DNA from: an uncultured Phycisphaerales bacterium
GTDB lineage: Bacteria; Planctomycetota; B15-G4
Assembly (NCBI GenBank): GCA_964490005.1
Contig: CAZBBB010000003.1
Coordinates: forward strand, 14,128-78,127
DNA length: 64,000 nt
Direction of reading: 5' to 3'
A program made the translations under genes and the position numbers. Below the pieces are notes generated by a model. The model did no database searches, was not told the DNA's origin, and worked only from the letters and a program-made list of their open reading frames with translations. Numbering within the stretch: position 1 is the first letter of the stretch; each line of letters starts with the position of its first letter. Positions 34,063 to 43,196 of this stretch are shown here, piece by piece.

Positions 34063-35651
34063 GCGCGGCTCGGAGAGGAGCCGCCGTGCGTCGTCGCGCC
34101 CTGATCTCGGTCACCGACAAGGCGGGCGTCGCGGAGTTCGCGCGCGGGCTCGAGCAGCGCGACTTCGAGGTGCTCTCGACCGGCGGGACGGCCAAGGCGC
34201 TGCGCGCCGCGGGCGTCGCGGTGACCGACGTCGCGGAGGTCACCGGCTTCCCCGAGATGCTCGATGGTCGCGTCAAGACGCTGCACCCGGCCGTGCACGG
34301 CGGCCTGCTCGCGCTGCGCGACGATCCCGGCCACCAGGCGGCGCTCGAGCGCCACGGCATCGGCGCCATCGACGTCGTCGCCGTGAACCTCTACGCCTTC
34401 CGCGAGACCGTCGCGCGTCCCGGGACGAGCGACGAGCAGGCCATCGAGAACATCGACATCGGCGGGCCCAGCATGCTGCGCTCGGCCGCGAAGAACCATC
34501 GCTTCGTCTGGGTCGTCGTCGATCCGGAGGACTACGCCGGCGTGCTCGCGGGCCTCGATGTCGAGGCGGGCGACGCGGGCGCGGGCCTGGCGCTGCGCCG
34601 CCGACTGGCGGCCAAGGTCTTCCGCGCGACGGCGGCCTACGACGCCGCCGTGGCCGCTTGGTTCGGCCGGCGGGACGGCGAACCCTTCGCCGCGACCTTC
34701 GTGCTCGAAGGGTCCGCCGGACGGGCGCTGCGCTACGGCGAGAATCCCGGGCAGCGGGCCGCCGTGTACGTGCGGCCCGGTTCCGTCGAACCCGCGGTCG
34801 CGACGGCGCGCATGCTCCACGGCAAGGAGCTCTCCTACAACAACCTGATCGACGCCGACGCCGCCCTCGAACTGGTGAAGGAGTTCGCCGAGCCCGCCGC
34901 CGCGGTGATCAAGCACACCAACCCCTGCGGCTGCGCCGTCGGCGCCGACGCGGGCGCGGCGCTCGCGGCGGCGCTGGCGGGCGACCCGCAGTCGGCCTTC
35001 GGCGGGATCGTCGCGCTCAACCGCGACGTCGATGCGGCCCTCGCCGCGCGCATCGCCGACCCCCAGGGCTTCCTCGAGGTCATCGTCGCGCCGTCCTTCA
35101 GCGACGAGGCGGTCGAGATCCTGGCGACGCGCTGCAAGTGGGGGCGCAACGTGCGCCTGCTCGCCTGCGGCGCGCTGGGCGGCGCACCCGACCCGGGCGA
35201 ACTCCTCGTGCGCACGATCACGGCGGGCCTGCTCGTGCAGGAGCGCGACCTCGGCTTTCAGACCGAACGTCGCGACGTCGTCTCGCGGCGCGCGCCCACG
35301 CCGTCCGAGCTCACCGATCTCGAGCTGGCGTGGCGCGTCGCCAAGCACGTCAAGAGCAACGCGATCGTGCTCGCGCGCGACGGCGCCGTCGTGGGCGTCG
35401 GCGCCGGGCAGATGTCGCGCGTCGACTCGGTCTTCATGGCGGGCCGCAAGGCCGGACCGCGCGCCCGCGGGGCGGTCATGGCCTCCGACGCCTTCTTCCC
35501 CTTCCGTGACTCGGTGGACGGCGCCCACGCCCTGGGCGTCACGGCGATCATCCAGCCGGGCGGGTCGATCAAGGACAAGGACAGCATCGCCGCCGCCGAC
35601 GAGCACGGCCTGGCGCTGCTCTTCACCGGCGCCCGGCACTTCCGGCACTGA
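34059..35651 (+). CDS. purH: Bifunctional AICAR formyltransferase / IMP cyclohydrolase
   Basis: 530 aa: RRALISVTDKAGVAEFARGL...STGGTAKAL...GFPEMLDGRVKTLHPAVHGGLL.... The GTG start overlaps the prfB TGA (GTGA). Confidence 0.93.
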   Translation: MSAARRGAAVRRRALISVTDKAGVAEFARGLEQRDFEVLSTGGTAKALRAAGVAVTDVAEVTGFPEMLDGRVKTLHPAVHGGLLALRDDPGHQAALERHGIGAIDVVAVNLYAFRETVARPGTSDEQAIENIDIGGPSMLRSAAKNHRFVWVVVDPEDYAGVLAGLDVEAGDAGAGLALRRRLAAKVFRATAAYDAAVAAWFGRRDGEPFAATFVLEGSAGRALRYGENPGQRAAVYVRPGSVEPAVATARMLHGKELSYNNLIDADAALELVKEFAEPAAAVIKHTNPCGCAVGADAGAALAAALAGDPQSAFGGIVALNRDVDAALAARIADPQGFLEVIVAPSFSDEAVEILATRCKWGRNVRLLACGALGGAPDPGELLVRTITAGLLVQERDLGFQTERRDVVSRRAPTPSELTDLELAWRVAKHVKSNAIVLARDGAVVGVGAGQMSRVDSVFMAGRKAGPRARGAVMASDAFFPFRDSVDGAHALGVTAIIQPGGSIKDKDSIAAADEHGLALLFTGARHFRH

Positions 35652-35776
35652 GGGCGGAGTCGACGCCGGACGGCCCCTGCCGGCCGGGCCCGCCGTCGCG
35701 GCCCCACGTCCGCCCGGCGGGTGCCGTAGGCGTGCACCTTGACGGATCGGGCGGGCCGGCGCATCCCTGAGGGCTC

Positions 35777-36340
35777 ATGGGCGGCAACGCAGAGCAGCGA
35801 CCGCAGACCGGGCGAGCCGAGCTCGAGGCCCTCTGGCACGAGCACCGCCGCTGGTTGGCCGCCGTGCTGCTGACCCACATGCCGCGTGAAGCCGAACTCG
35901 AGGACCTGCTGCAGGAGGTGGCCGTGACCGTCGTGAGCCGCATCCACGAACTGCGCGACGAGGCCGCGCTGCGCGGCTGGTTGCGGACCGTGGCCGTCAA
36001 CACGGCGCGCATGGCGGCCCGCTCGACCAACGTGCGGCGCGCCGTGATGCGTCCGCTCGACGCCGAACACGTGCAGGGCGTGGCCGCGCCCGACGCGGGG
36101 CCCGCGCGCGAGGCGCGCGCCGCCGCGGAGGCGGCGCTGGAGGCCGCGCAGCGCCTGCCCGAGGCCTACCGCGAACCGCTGCTGCTGCGCACCGTGCGCG
36201 GCTTGAGCCAGCGGCAGATCGCGCAGACGCTCGGCGTGCCCGAGACGACCATCGAGACGCGCCTGGCCCGCGCGCGGCGCATGTTGCGCGAACAACTGGG
36301 CGCCGCCGAACGTCCTCGCACGCGCGCCGCCAGCGCCTGA
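35777..36340 (+). CDS. ECF-type RNA polymerase sigma factor (sigma-70 family, group 4)
   Basis: 187 aa. Region 2: ...DLLQEVAVTVVSRIHELRDEAALRGWLRTVAVN. Region 4: LPEAYREPLLLRTVRGLSQRQIAQTLGVPETTIETRLARARRML. Confidence 0.85.
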   Translation: MGGNAEQRPQTGRAELEALWHEHRRWLAAVLLTHMPREAELEDLLQEVAVTVVSRIHELRDEAALRGWLRTVAVNTARMAARSTNVRRAVMRPLDAEHVQGVAAPDAGPAREARAAAEAALEAAQRLPEAYREPLLLRTVRGLSQRQIAQTLGVPETTIETRLARARRMLREQLGAAERPRTRAASA

Positions 36341-36355
36341 ACCGGAGACGCCCGC

Positions 36356-37030
36356 ATGACGACCCACGATGAGGACTGGAACGGCCGACACGACGACCGC
36401 GTCGTCGGCCGCATCATCGACCGCGTGGCGAGGCCCGAGGACTTCGCCGGCTTCCGCGAGGCGGCCCGCGCGCGGCCTGAGGCCTGGCACGAGCTGCTCG
36501 ACGGTCTGGCCGACGATGCCGCGCTCGGCGCGGCGCTCGAGGCCCGTCTCGAAACGGCCGACGCGGTGCGGCTGCCCCCGTCCCGGCGCGCCGTCCGGCC
36601 GTGGGCCTTGCTGTCGGGCTGGGCCGCGGCGCTGCTCGTGTCGGCGCTGTGGTGGACGACGGCCGCCGTCGGTGGCTCGCAGCCTCCGCGCGGCGCCGAC
36701 GATCTGGTCGCGCGGCAGGACGAGGGCGGCCTGCTGCCCGAGTCCGGCGGGGCCTCGGCGCCGCGCCTGCGCGCGGACGGCGATGTCGCGCAAGCGCTGC
36801 CACCCGGTGCGCAGATCGCCCGACCCGCCGGCACCGTCGTGGGGGAGCTGCCGCTCGAGATCCTCCAGACCCGCCGCCCCGAGAGCGGCGAGGGCCTCGA
36901 GGTCCTCTACCTGCGGCGCGTCGTCGAACGCACGCGCGTCGACAGCGTCCTCACGGTCGGCTCGGACGAGTTCGGCCGCGCCGTGCCCGTGTCGATCGAC
37001 CCGACCTCGTTGCTCGCCGACCTGCACTGA
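36356..37030 (+). CDS. Putative single-pass anti-sigma factor
   Basis: 224 aa, immediately downstream of the ECF sigma (15-nt gap, GGAG SD). Central TM WALLSGWAAALLVSALWW. No recognisable zinc-binding motif; the call rests on position and topology. Confidence 0.55.
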   Translation: MTTHDEDWNGRHDDRVVGRIIDRVARPEDFAGFREAARARPEAWHELLDGLADDAALGAALEARLETADAVRLPPSRRAVRPWALLSGWAAALLVSALWWTTAAVGGSQPPRGADDLVARQDEGGLLPESGGASAPRLRADGDVAQALPPGAQIARPAGTVVGELPLEILQTRRPESGEGLEVLYLRRVVERTRVDSVLTVGSDEFGRAVPVSIDPTSLLADLH

Positions 37031-37062
37031 ACCACGCACGCCCTCCTTCCGGAGTCCCCGCC

Positions 37063-38277
37063 ATGACGACCCTGCCCTCCCTGCTCGCCGCGCTGTCCCT
37101 GCTCTCGTGCCAGTCGGCACCCGAGGCGCCGATGGTCTGGAGCGCGGCGGAGCGGCCGGCGATCCATGCGCCCGACCGGCGCGGCGTCGCCTCGCTCAAC
37201 GTGCATGACGACGACGGTTCGCTGGTGGTCGTCGTGCGCAACGGCAGCGAGATCACGGCCGTCCTCGACGGCGAAGTCGTCCCCGAGGAGCGCATCGTGC
37301 GCGACGGCGACCGCGTGAGCATCCGCTCAGCCGACGGGACGGTGACGCGCGTGCTGCGCCTGCTCGACGGAGGCGGCCTGGCCTACCCCTACGACGCCGA
37401 GATCGCGATCGCGCGACAGGCGCCGATGCCCGCCGGACCGCCGCGCAAGATCATCGGCGTCACGTCGAGCCCCGTCGAGCCGCAGCTCGCCGCGCAGCTC
37501 GGCCTCGAACCGGGCCAGGCCATCGTGATCAACTCGGTGACGCCGGGGCTCCCGGCCGACAAGGCCGGACTCAAGCAGCATGACGTCGTGCTGCGCCTCG
37601 ACGGCCTCGGTCCGGTGACGAGCGGCCAGCTCGGCGAGACGATTCAGGCCCGCGAGCCCGGAGACGTCCTGACCCTGTCCGTGCTGCGTGCCGGCAGTCC
37701 GATGGAGATCCCCGTCACGATCGAGAAGCCGCGCGAGGGCGGCGCCGCGTGGGTCTACACCGTGGGCCAGACGGCCCCGAGCGCCGAGTGGTCGGGCCTG
37801 GACGCCGAGTTCATGCAGGCCTGGCGCATGGGCCAGGAGGCGCGCGTGCAGACGGACCTGGCGCGCGCCGAGTTCGATCGCGCGCGGGTCGAACTCGAGC
37901 GCGCCCACGAGCTGCTCGCCCGGCAGGCCGAGGAGCTCGCCGCCTCGACGGACGCCCTCGATCCCGCGGCCGCCTCGCTCCACGCCGATCGGCTGCGCGC
38001 GACCGTCGAGCGGCTCGCGGCGATCGAGCGGGAGCTGCCGCAGGCGCATGACGACGTCGGGCTGTTCAGGTTCGGCGACGGCAAGAATGCGCTCGTGGTC
38101 CCGCGCGGCTATTCGGTCGCCGCCCCGGCGCCGCCCGCGCCCCCGACGCCGCCGGCCGCGCCCGCGGCCCTGTCGGATGCACGCCTCACGCGACTCGAGG
38201 AGCGCCTCGCGCGCCTCGAGGAACTGCTCACGAAGCTCGTGGGGGCACCCTCGGACGACGAGGCCGACTCCCCCTGA
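37063..38277 (+). CDS. PDZ-domain lipoprotein with coiled-coil and Pro-rich C-terminal region
   Basis: ATG 37063 (GGAG 8 nt upstream), in frame with track ORF 36601..38277. Lipobox LSLLSC. PDZ: IIGVTSSPVEPQLAAQLGLEPGQAIVINSVTPGLPADKAGLKQHDVVLRLDG...GDVLTLSVLRAG. No protease catalytic motifs seen. Confidence 0.7.
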   Translation: MTTLPSLLAALSLLSCQSAPEAPMVWSAAERPAIHAPDRRGVASLNVHDDDGSLVVVVRNGSEITAVLDGEVVPEERIVRDGDRVSIRSADGTVTRVLRLLDGGGLAYPYDAEIAIARQAPMPAGPPRKIIGVTSSPVEPQLAAQLGLEPGQAIVINSVTPGLPADKAGLKQHDVVLRLDGLGPVTSGQLGETIQAREPGDVLTLSVLRAGSPMEIPVTIEKPREGGAAWVYTVGQTAPSAEWSGLDAEFMQAWRMGQEARVQTDLARAEFDRARVELERAHELLARQAEELAASTDALDPAAASLHADRLRATVERLAAIERELPQAHDDVGLFRFGDGKNALVVPRGYSVAAPAPPAPPTPPAAPAALSDARLTRLEERLARLEELLTKLVGAPSDDEADSP

Positions 38278-38330
38278 GTCGGCTTCCGGGCGGCGGCGCC
38301 CTGGGGGGGCGCCGGGTGCCCGTGCGGTCG

Positions 38331-38367
38331 GAGAGTCCGGGGCATGGGAGAGATGCCCCGGGCTCTC
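38331..38367. terminator. 15-bp stem (1 mismatch) / 7-nt loop hairpin between convergent genes
   Basis: gagagtccggggcat-gggagag-atgccccgggctctc, followed by cggcagctttc. Preceded by a second 8-bp hairpin, cggcgccc-tgggg-gggcgccg, at ~38294-38314. Confidence 0.55.
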
Positions 38368-38395
38368 CGGCAGCTTTCGCGCGCGGGGACGCCGC

Positions 38396-39094
38396 TCAGT
38401 CGGCGTACTTGACGCTGCAGCCGAAGGCGCGCGTGGATGTCGTCGTCACCGGCTTGCCGGCGGCGATCGCCGTGAGCGCTTCGCTCACCAGGTTCACGGC
38501 GCCCTTGGCGCCGGGCCGGCCGTCGTCGATCGCGCCGGCATAGCGCAGCACGCCCTGCGCGTCGATGACGAACATGTGCGGCGTCGTGCTCGCCTCGTAG
38601 GCGCGTCCCACCGAGCCGTCCTCGTCGAGCAGCACGGGGAAGGACACGCCGAACTCCTCGACGGCCCGGCGGTTGCGATCGAGGCCGGCGCCCTGCTTGC
38701 CCGGCGCCCCCGAGTTGATCGCCAGCCACGTGACGCCCTTGTCGGCCCACGCGCGGGCGAGCGCATCCATGTCGTTCTTCGGCTCGTGGTACGAACGCGT
38801 CACGGGGCAGTCGGGGTTGAACCACTCGAGCACCACGGTGCGGCCCTTGCCGGTGTAGTCCGAGAGGCGGTGTGACACGCCGTTCACGTCGCTCAGCGTG
38901 AAGTCCGGAGCCGCGGCCCCGACCTGCGCCACGAGCACGGCGAGGGGCGCCGGCTCGACGGGAGCGTTTGCCGGGGCGGCGGGCTCGTTCGCGGCGGCCT
39001 TGGCGCCGGGCGAGGCGCCCGTCTCCGATCCCGCGCAGCCGAGGCCGGCGAGCAGGATCGACGCGGTGACGAGGGACATGAGGCGGGCGGGCAT
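38396..39094 (-). CDS. Thioredoxin-fold redoxin (AhpC/TSA-TlpA-like) lipoprotein
   Basis: ATG 39094, in frame with track ORF 38396..40381. MPARLMSLVTASILLAGLGC (lipobox) ...APDFTLSDVNG...GRTVVLEWFNPDCPVTRSY...FPVLLDEDGSVGRAY...TPHMFVID...FGCSVKYAD. The active-site position reads C-P-V-T, not CxxC. Confidence 0.75.
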   Translation of the reverse strand: MPARLMSLVTASILLAGLGCAGSETGASPGAKAAANEPAAPANAPVEPAPLAVLVAQVGAAAPDFTLSDVNGVSHRLSDYTGKGRTVVLEWFNPDCPVTRSYHEPKNDMDALARAWADKGVTWLAINSGAPGKQGAGLDRNRRAVEEFGVSFPVLLDEDGSVGRAYEASTTPHMFVIDAQGVLRYAGAIDDGRPGAKGAVNLVSEALTAIAAGKPVTTTSTRAFGCSVKYAD

Positions 39095-39126
39095 GGGCGA
39101 GTCTCCCGAAGGGCGCAGGGGCGCGG

Positions 39127-40008
39127 TCAGAGCGGCCGGTCGAGCCAGAGGAACTCGGGCTGCGCGACGCGGCCGCGGATCTCCAAGGTACCAATCAGGC
39201 GAGCGTCGGTGGCGGCGGACGGGTGCAGGCGCAGCAAGAGCCTGTCGCCCTGCGCTTCGCCCTCGTGCGCCAGGTCGGCGAAACGCACGCACTCCGCCTC
39301 GGGATAGAAGGCCATCCACCGGGCGCCGGGAGCGCCGATCGAGACCGTCGCTGAGTCGTCGACCACCTCGAGGCCCGCGGCATCGAGGTCGACGTCGCGC
39401 GCCCAGCGCCTCGTGACGGCCTCGAAGCGCGGCCGGTGATCGGAAGGCCGGGCCTCGGCATCGGTCGCGACGAGCGGCAGCGTGAGTTCGGCGTTCGCCC
39501 GGCCGAGGACGCAGGTCTCGGCGCAGACCATCCAGTCGGTCTCGACCGCCAGGCGCGCCTCGCGACCCGGCACGGCGTCGCTCGGCACACGGACCGGGAT
39601 CACGACCAGCAATTCGCTTTCGTGGACATGGTCGAGCAGGCCGCCGGCGCCGAGATGACGCTTCGGCGCCGGCCAGCGGGCCGGGAGCGCCTCGTAACCC
39701 GCGGGGAGCCTGAGTGCGATGTGGAGCGGAGCGCCGCTGTCGCTCGGCTGGTGGCCGTAGACATGCCAGCCCGGTTCGATCCGGAACGACGCGCCGATCA
39801 GCGCCGTGCGGCCCGGCACGAGCGCCGTGTGGCCCGACAGCAACTCGAGCGTGACCAGCGGCGCCTCGACGGGCGACGGCGCCTCGGCGCCTCCCGCGTC
39901 GGGCGGCGTCGACGGGGCGTCCCGGCCGCGCTCGGGCGCGCAAGTGGCGAGCGCGCCGCAGACGGCCAACAGCGCCGGGAGGGTGGCTCGGAGGGCGGAT
40001 CGGCGCAT
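39127..40008 (-). CDS. DsbD-alpha / disulfide-bond-corrector-like domain (lipo)protein
   Basis: 293 aa. Signal/lipobox LPALLAVC. FRIEPGWHVYG and DWMVCAETCV match (from memory) the GWH.YW and C...C signatures of DsbD N-terminal-like domains. Confidence 0.65.
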   Translation of the reverse strand: MRRSALRATLPALLAVCGALATCAPERGRDAPSTPPDAGGAEAPSPVEAPLVTLELLSGHTALVPGRTALIGASFRIEPGWHVYGHQPSDSGAPLHIALRLPAGYEALPARWPAPKRHLGAGGLLDHVHESELLVVIPVRVPSDAVPGREARLAVETDWMVCAETCVLGRANAELTLPLVATDAEARPSDHRPRFEAVTRRWARDVDLDAAGLEVVDDSATVSIGAPGARWMAFYPEAECVRFADLAHEGEAQGDRLLLRLHPSAATDARLIGTLEIRGRVAQPEFLWLDRPL

Positions 40009-40156
40009 CGGGGGCGCATGATAGCCTCGCTTCGCGCCCCGCGGTCCCGCGGCGGGCGGAGCGCCGACGGTGCGGGAAGGATCTGCGGGCGAAGCGGCAC
40101 CAAGCGCGGCGGGCCGTGCCGCGGAGGCCGTCCCTCCGATCCGAGCGGGAATCGAG

Positions 40157-40759
40157 ATGAGCGAACCCGACCGCAGCGAGGATCTGGCCCTCCGCGATCG
40201 CGTGCTGGCGGGCGATGCCGACGCGGCGCGCGCGTTGTTCCGCGACCATGTCGATGCGCTCTACGAGTTCATCCACTACCGCGCCGGACGCGAGCGGGCC
40301 GCGACGGAGGACCTCGTCCAGGAGACCTTTCTGGTCGTGCTGCGCCGCTTGTCGAGCTTCGACGGCCGCTCGTCGCTGCACACCTGGATGTGCGGCATCG
40401 CCCGCAACCTGCTCGCCGGGTGGCGGCGCAAGCGGCGACCGCAGCGCCTGTCGGACCTGCTCGAAGGCGCCGACTCCGAGATCTTCGACGCGCTCGCCGA
40501 GATCGAGACGCGGGACCTGCCCGAGGAGCTGCTCCAGCGGCGCGAGACGGCCGCGCTCGTGGGGGCGACGCTCTCCTCGCTGCCGCCCGGCTACCGCAGC
40601 GCTCTGCTGGAGAAGTACGTCGAGGGCCTGTCGGTCGTGCAGATGGCCGAGCGCCGCGGCAAGAGTCCCAAGGCCACCGAGTCGACGCTGCAGCGGGCGC
40701 GCGTGGCCTTCGCGCGCGTCTTCACGCTGATCAACGGCCGGGCCGGAGGCGAGCCGTGA
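40157..40759 (+). CDS. ECF-type RNA polymerase sigma factor
   Basis: ATG 40157, in frame with track ORF 40070..40759. ...EDLVQETFLVVLRRLSSFDGRSSLHTWMCGIARN... and LPPGYRSALLEKYVEGLSVVQMAERRGKSPKATESTLQRARVAF. Confidence 0.85.
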   Translation: MSEPDRSEDLALRDRVLAGDADAARALFRDHVDALYEFIHYRAGRERAATEDLVQETFLVVLRRLSSFDGRSSLHTWMCGIARNLLAGWRRKRRPQRLSDLLEGADSEIFDALAEIETRDLPEELLQRRETAALVGATLSSLPPGYRSALLEKYVEGLSVVQMAERRGKSPKATESTLQRARVAFARVFTLINGRAGGEP

Positions 40760-43095
40760 GCGACGCCTCGCCCTTCGAGCGCAATCTGCGGGCGCTGCTG
40801 GCCCGCGCCTACGTGGCCGAGCGGGCCGACCCGGACTGGCGCGCGCGCGCCGAACTCAGCTTCCTCGCGCGACACGCCGAACTGTGCCGGCCGCCGCGTC
40901 CCGCGCCCGCAGGCGAGGCGGCGCGTCCGGCGCGCCTGGCGCCGTACGCCGCGGCGGCCGCGCTGCTCATCCTCGTCGGCGCGGCCCTGTGGCTGCGGAG
41001 CATGACGCCTGCGCCGTCGCCGCTCGAGCGCATCCTGGCCGGCGGCGACGCGGCCGTGCGCGAGGCTCCCGAGGCGCCGTGGCGCGCCCATTCGACCTCC
41101 GTCGGGTACGGCTGGACGAGCGACACGTCGTTCGAGGCCTGCACGCCGGCCACCGCGGCGCTGCGCGTCGAAGGGCTGCCCGTCGGCACGCTGCGCATCG
41201 AGGCCGGCGGCCGCGCTCGTCTGCAGCGCGACGGCGACGGGCGGCTCACGCTCGCCGTGCTGCTGGGCGGCGTCGTGCTCGCCGACGGTCGATGGGTGCG
41301 CGCTCCCGCCCAACTGCGGCTCGATGAACCGCAGGCGGAAGGCGCCTTGCCGGACCCCGCCGAGCGGACGGGGCTCGGCGATCCGACCCGGATGCTCGAC
41401 GCGCCGACCGCGTCGCGGATGCGCGACGCGCCGCCGTGGGGTGGCCGGGTCGTCGACGCCGAGACGCGCACCGCACTCGAGGACTTCCGCGTCGTGCTGG
41501 TGCCCGACGACTTCATGTCGGGCGCGGGGCCCGTGGTGCGAGCCTTCCGACAGGCCGGCGGCGCGTGGAGCTGGGACGCGCCGACGCCGGCGGCCTTTGC
41601 GCTGTGGATCGTCGCCGAGGGTTACGCGCCGCACGTGTTCGGCGCGCTCGGCCAACCGCCCGGAGCGCCGCTCGACGCGGCGCTCGCGCGCGGCTCGGGT
41701 CCGGTGCGCGGGCGCGTGCTGGGCGCCGAGGACGGCCGGCCCGTCGCCGGTGCGCTCGTCGTCTCCGAGACGGATGCCTGGTCGCACGTCCTGGGGCTCG
41801 ATCCCGACGAAGCGGCCGGCGAGGCGGCCGCGGCCGTGCTCACCGACGCCGAGGGACGCTTCGAGCTGCGGGACCTGCGCCCCGGGCCGCAGGTGCTGCG
41901 CGCCTCGGCTCCCGGCTTCGCGCCGGCGTGGATCGCCGACCTCACGCTGGACGCCGGCGAGACGCGCGAGGACCTCGAACTGCGGCTCGGCGCCGAGGCG
42001 CGCGTGAGCGGGACGGTCTACTCCGCCAACGGAGCCCCGTTCGCGCGCGCGATGGTCCTGGCTTCGTTTCCCGGCGCCGCGGCGCGCCGGCCGCGCCAGA
42101 CCTACCAATACGCCTTCACCGATCACGACGGCCGCTACGAACTGCGCGGGCTGCCCTCCGAACCCGGCGTCGTGCTCCTGCTCGGGCGTCCCGAGGAAGG
42201 TGCAGGCGGACCTCCGGAGATCCGCGCCCTCACGCCCGTCGCGGGGCGCGAGACGGTCGTCGACTTCGGCGAGCCCGTTGCGCGTCCACGGCTGCACGGC
42301 ACGATCGTCGACCACGCCGGGGCGCCGCTGGCCGGGCTCACGCTGTCGCTCACTCCCGAAGATACGGCCGGCGTCGCACCGGCCTCCGCGTGGCGCGGTC
42401 TCGTCACGGACGCGTCGGGGCGCTTCGAGTTCCCGCGGCTCGCGCCCGGACGCTGGCAGCTGTTCGCGGGGCGCGGCGCCGGGACGCAGCTCGTCCTCGT
42501 GCGGCGGCTCGAGATGCTGCCCGGCGGGGATCACCGCCTCGATCTCGCGCTCGCGGGCGGCCGGATCTCGGGGCGCGTCGTCGACGCGGGCGACGGCGCG
42601 CCGATCTCCGCGGCGCTCGTGATCCTGCTCGCCGAGGAGGGCGGCGGGCGACGCTTCGCCGGTCGCGTGATCCCCGCGGCCGACGGGACCTGGGAGCTGC
42701 CCTTCATGGGCGCGGGCGAGTACCACGTGGTCGCGCTTTCGACCGGTTCCTGGCACGCGCCCGCACGCTCGCCGACGTTCATGCTCGCGAGCGACCTCGA
42801 CGAACGCGTGGTCGACGTCGCGCTGCCTCCCGGCGGGGCGGTGGAGGTCTTCGTGCGCGACGAGCAGGGGCGGCCCGTCGCGGCGGCGCACGTGAGCTTC
42901 GTCTCGTCCGCCGGCGAATCGCTGGCCTTCTCCGACCTGCCCGTCACGGATGCCGAGGGTCGCTACGCTTCGCCCGGGTTGCCGACCGGCGCCTGGCAGG
43001 TGCGCGTCGACGCCGAGGGCTTCGCGACGGCCACCGTTTCGGTGGCGATCGAGCTGGGCGTGTCGGCGCGACTCGACGTCGCGTTGACGCGCTGA
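40756..43095 (+). CDS. Anti-sigma-like transmembrane protein with a large periplasmic array of ~6 CarboxypepD_reg-like beta-sandwich repeats
   Basis: GTG 40756 (GTGA overlap with the sigma stop), in frame with composite ORF 39436..43095 (779 aa). TM LAPYAAAAALLILVGAALWL. Repeats of the form G(R/T)V.D..G.P..GA.V...(TD..GR(F/Y)E...L..G.). Examples: VRGRVLGAEDGRPVAGALV...TDAEGRFELRDLRPG, VSGTVYSANGAPF...TDHDGRYELRGLP, LHGTIVDHAGAPLAG...TDASGRFEFPRLAPG, ISGRVVDAGDGAPIS..., VFVRDEQGRPVAAAHV...TDAEGRYASPGLPTG. Confidence 0.7.
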   Translation: MSDASPFERNLRALLARAYVAERADPDWRARAELSFLARHAELCRPPRPAPAGEAARPARLAPYAAAAALLILVGAALWLRSMTPAPSPLERILAGGDAAVREAPEAPWRAHSTSVGYGWTSDTSFEACTPATAALRVEGLPVGTLRIEAGGRARLQRDGDGRLTLAVLLGGVVLADGRWVRAPAQLRLDEPQAEGALPDPAERTGLGDPTRMLDAPTASRMRDAPPWGGRVVDAETRTALEDFRVVLVPDDFMSGAGPVVRAFRQAGGAWSWDAPTPAAFALWIVAEGYAPHVFGALGQPPGAPLDAALARGSGPVRGRVLGAEDGRPVAGALVVSETDAWSHVLGLDPDEAAGEAAAAVLTDAEGRFELRDLRPGPQVLRASAPGFAPAWIADLTLDAGETREDLELRLGAEARVSGTVYSANGAPFARAMVLASFPGAAARRPRQTYQYAFTDHDGRYELRGLPSEPGVVLLLGRPEEGAGGPPEIRALTPVAGRETVVDFGEPVARPRLHGTIVDHAGAPLAGLTLSLTPEDTAGVAPASAWRGLVTDASGRFEFPRLAPGRWQLFAGRGAGTQLVLVRRLEMLPGGDHRLDLALAGGRISGRVVDAGDGAPISAALVILLAEEGGGRRFAGRVIPAADGTWELPFMGAGEYHVVALSTGSWHAPARSPTFMLASDLDERVVDVALPPGGAVEVFVRDEQGRPVAAAHVSFVSSAGESLAFSDLPVTDAEGRYASPGLPTGAWQVRVDAEGFATATVSVAIELGVSARLDVALTR

Positions 43096-43196
43096 GCGCG
43101 GAATTCCGGAGAAGGATGGCGAGGGCGCACGCCACCAAGGCCGCGTCTCGACTCGCAACGGCCGCGACGCGGCCACTCGGACCCCGGAGATCCCCG

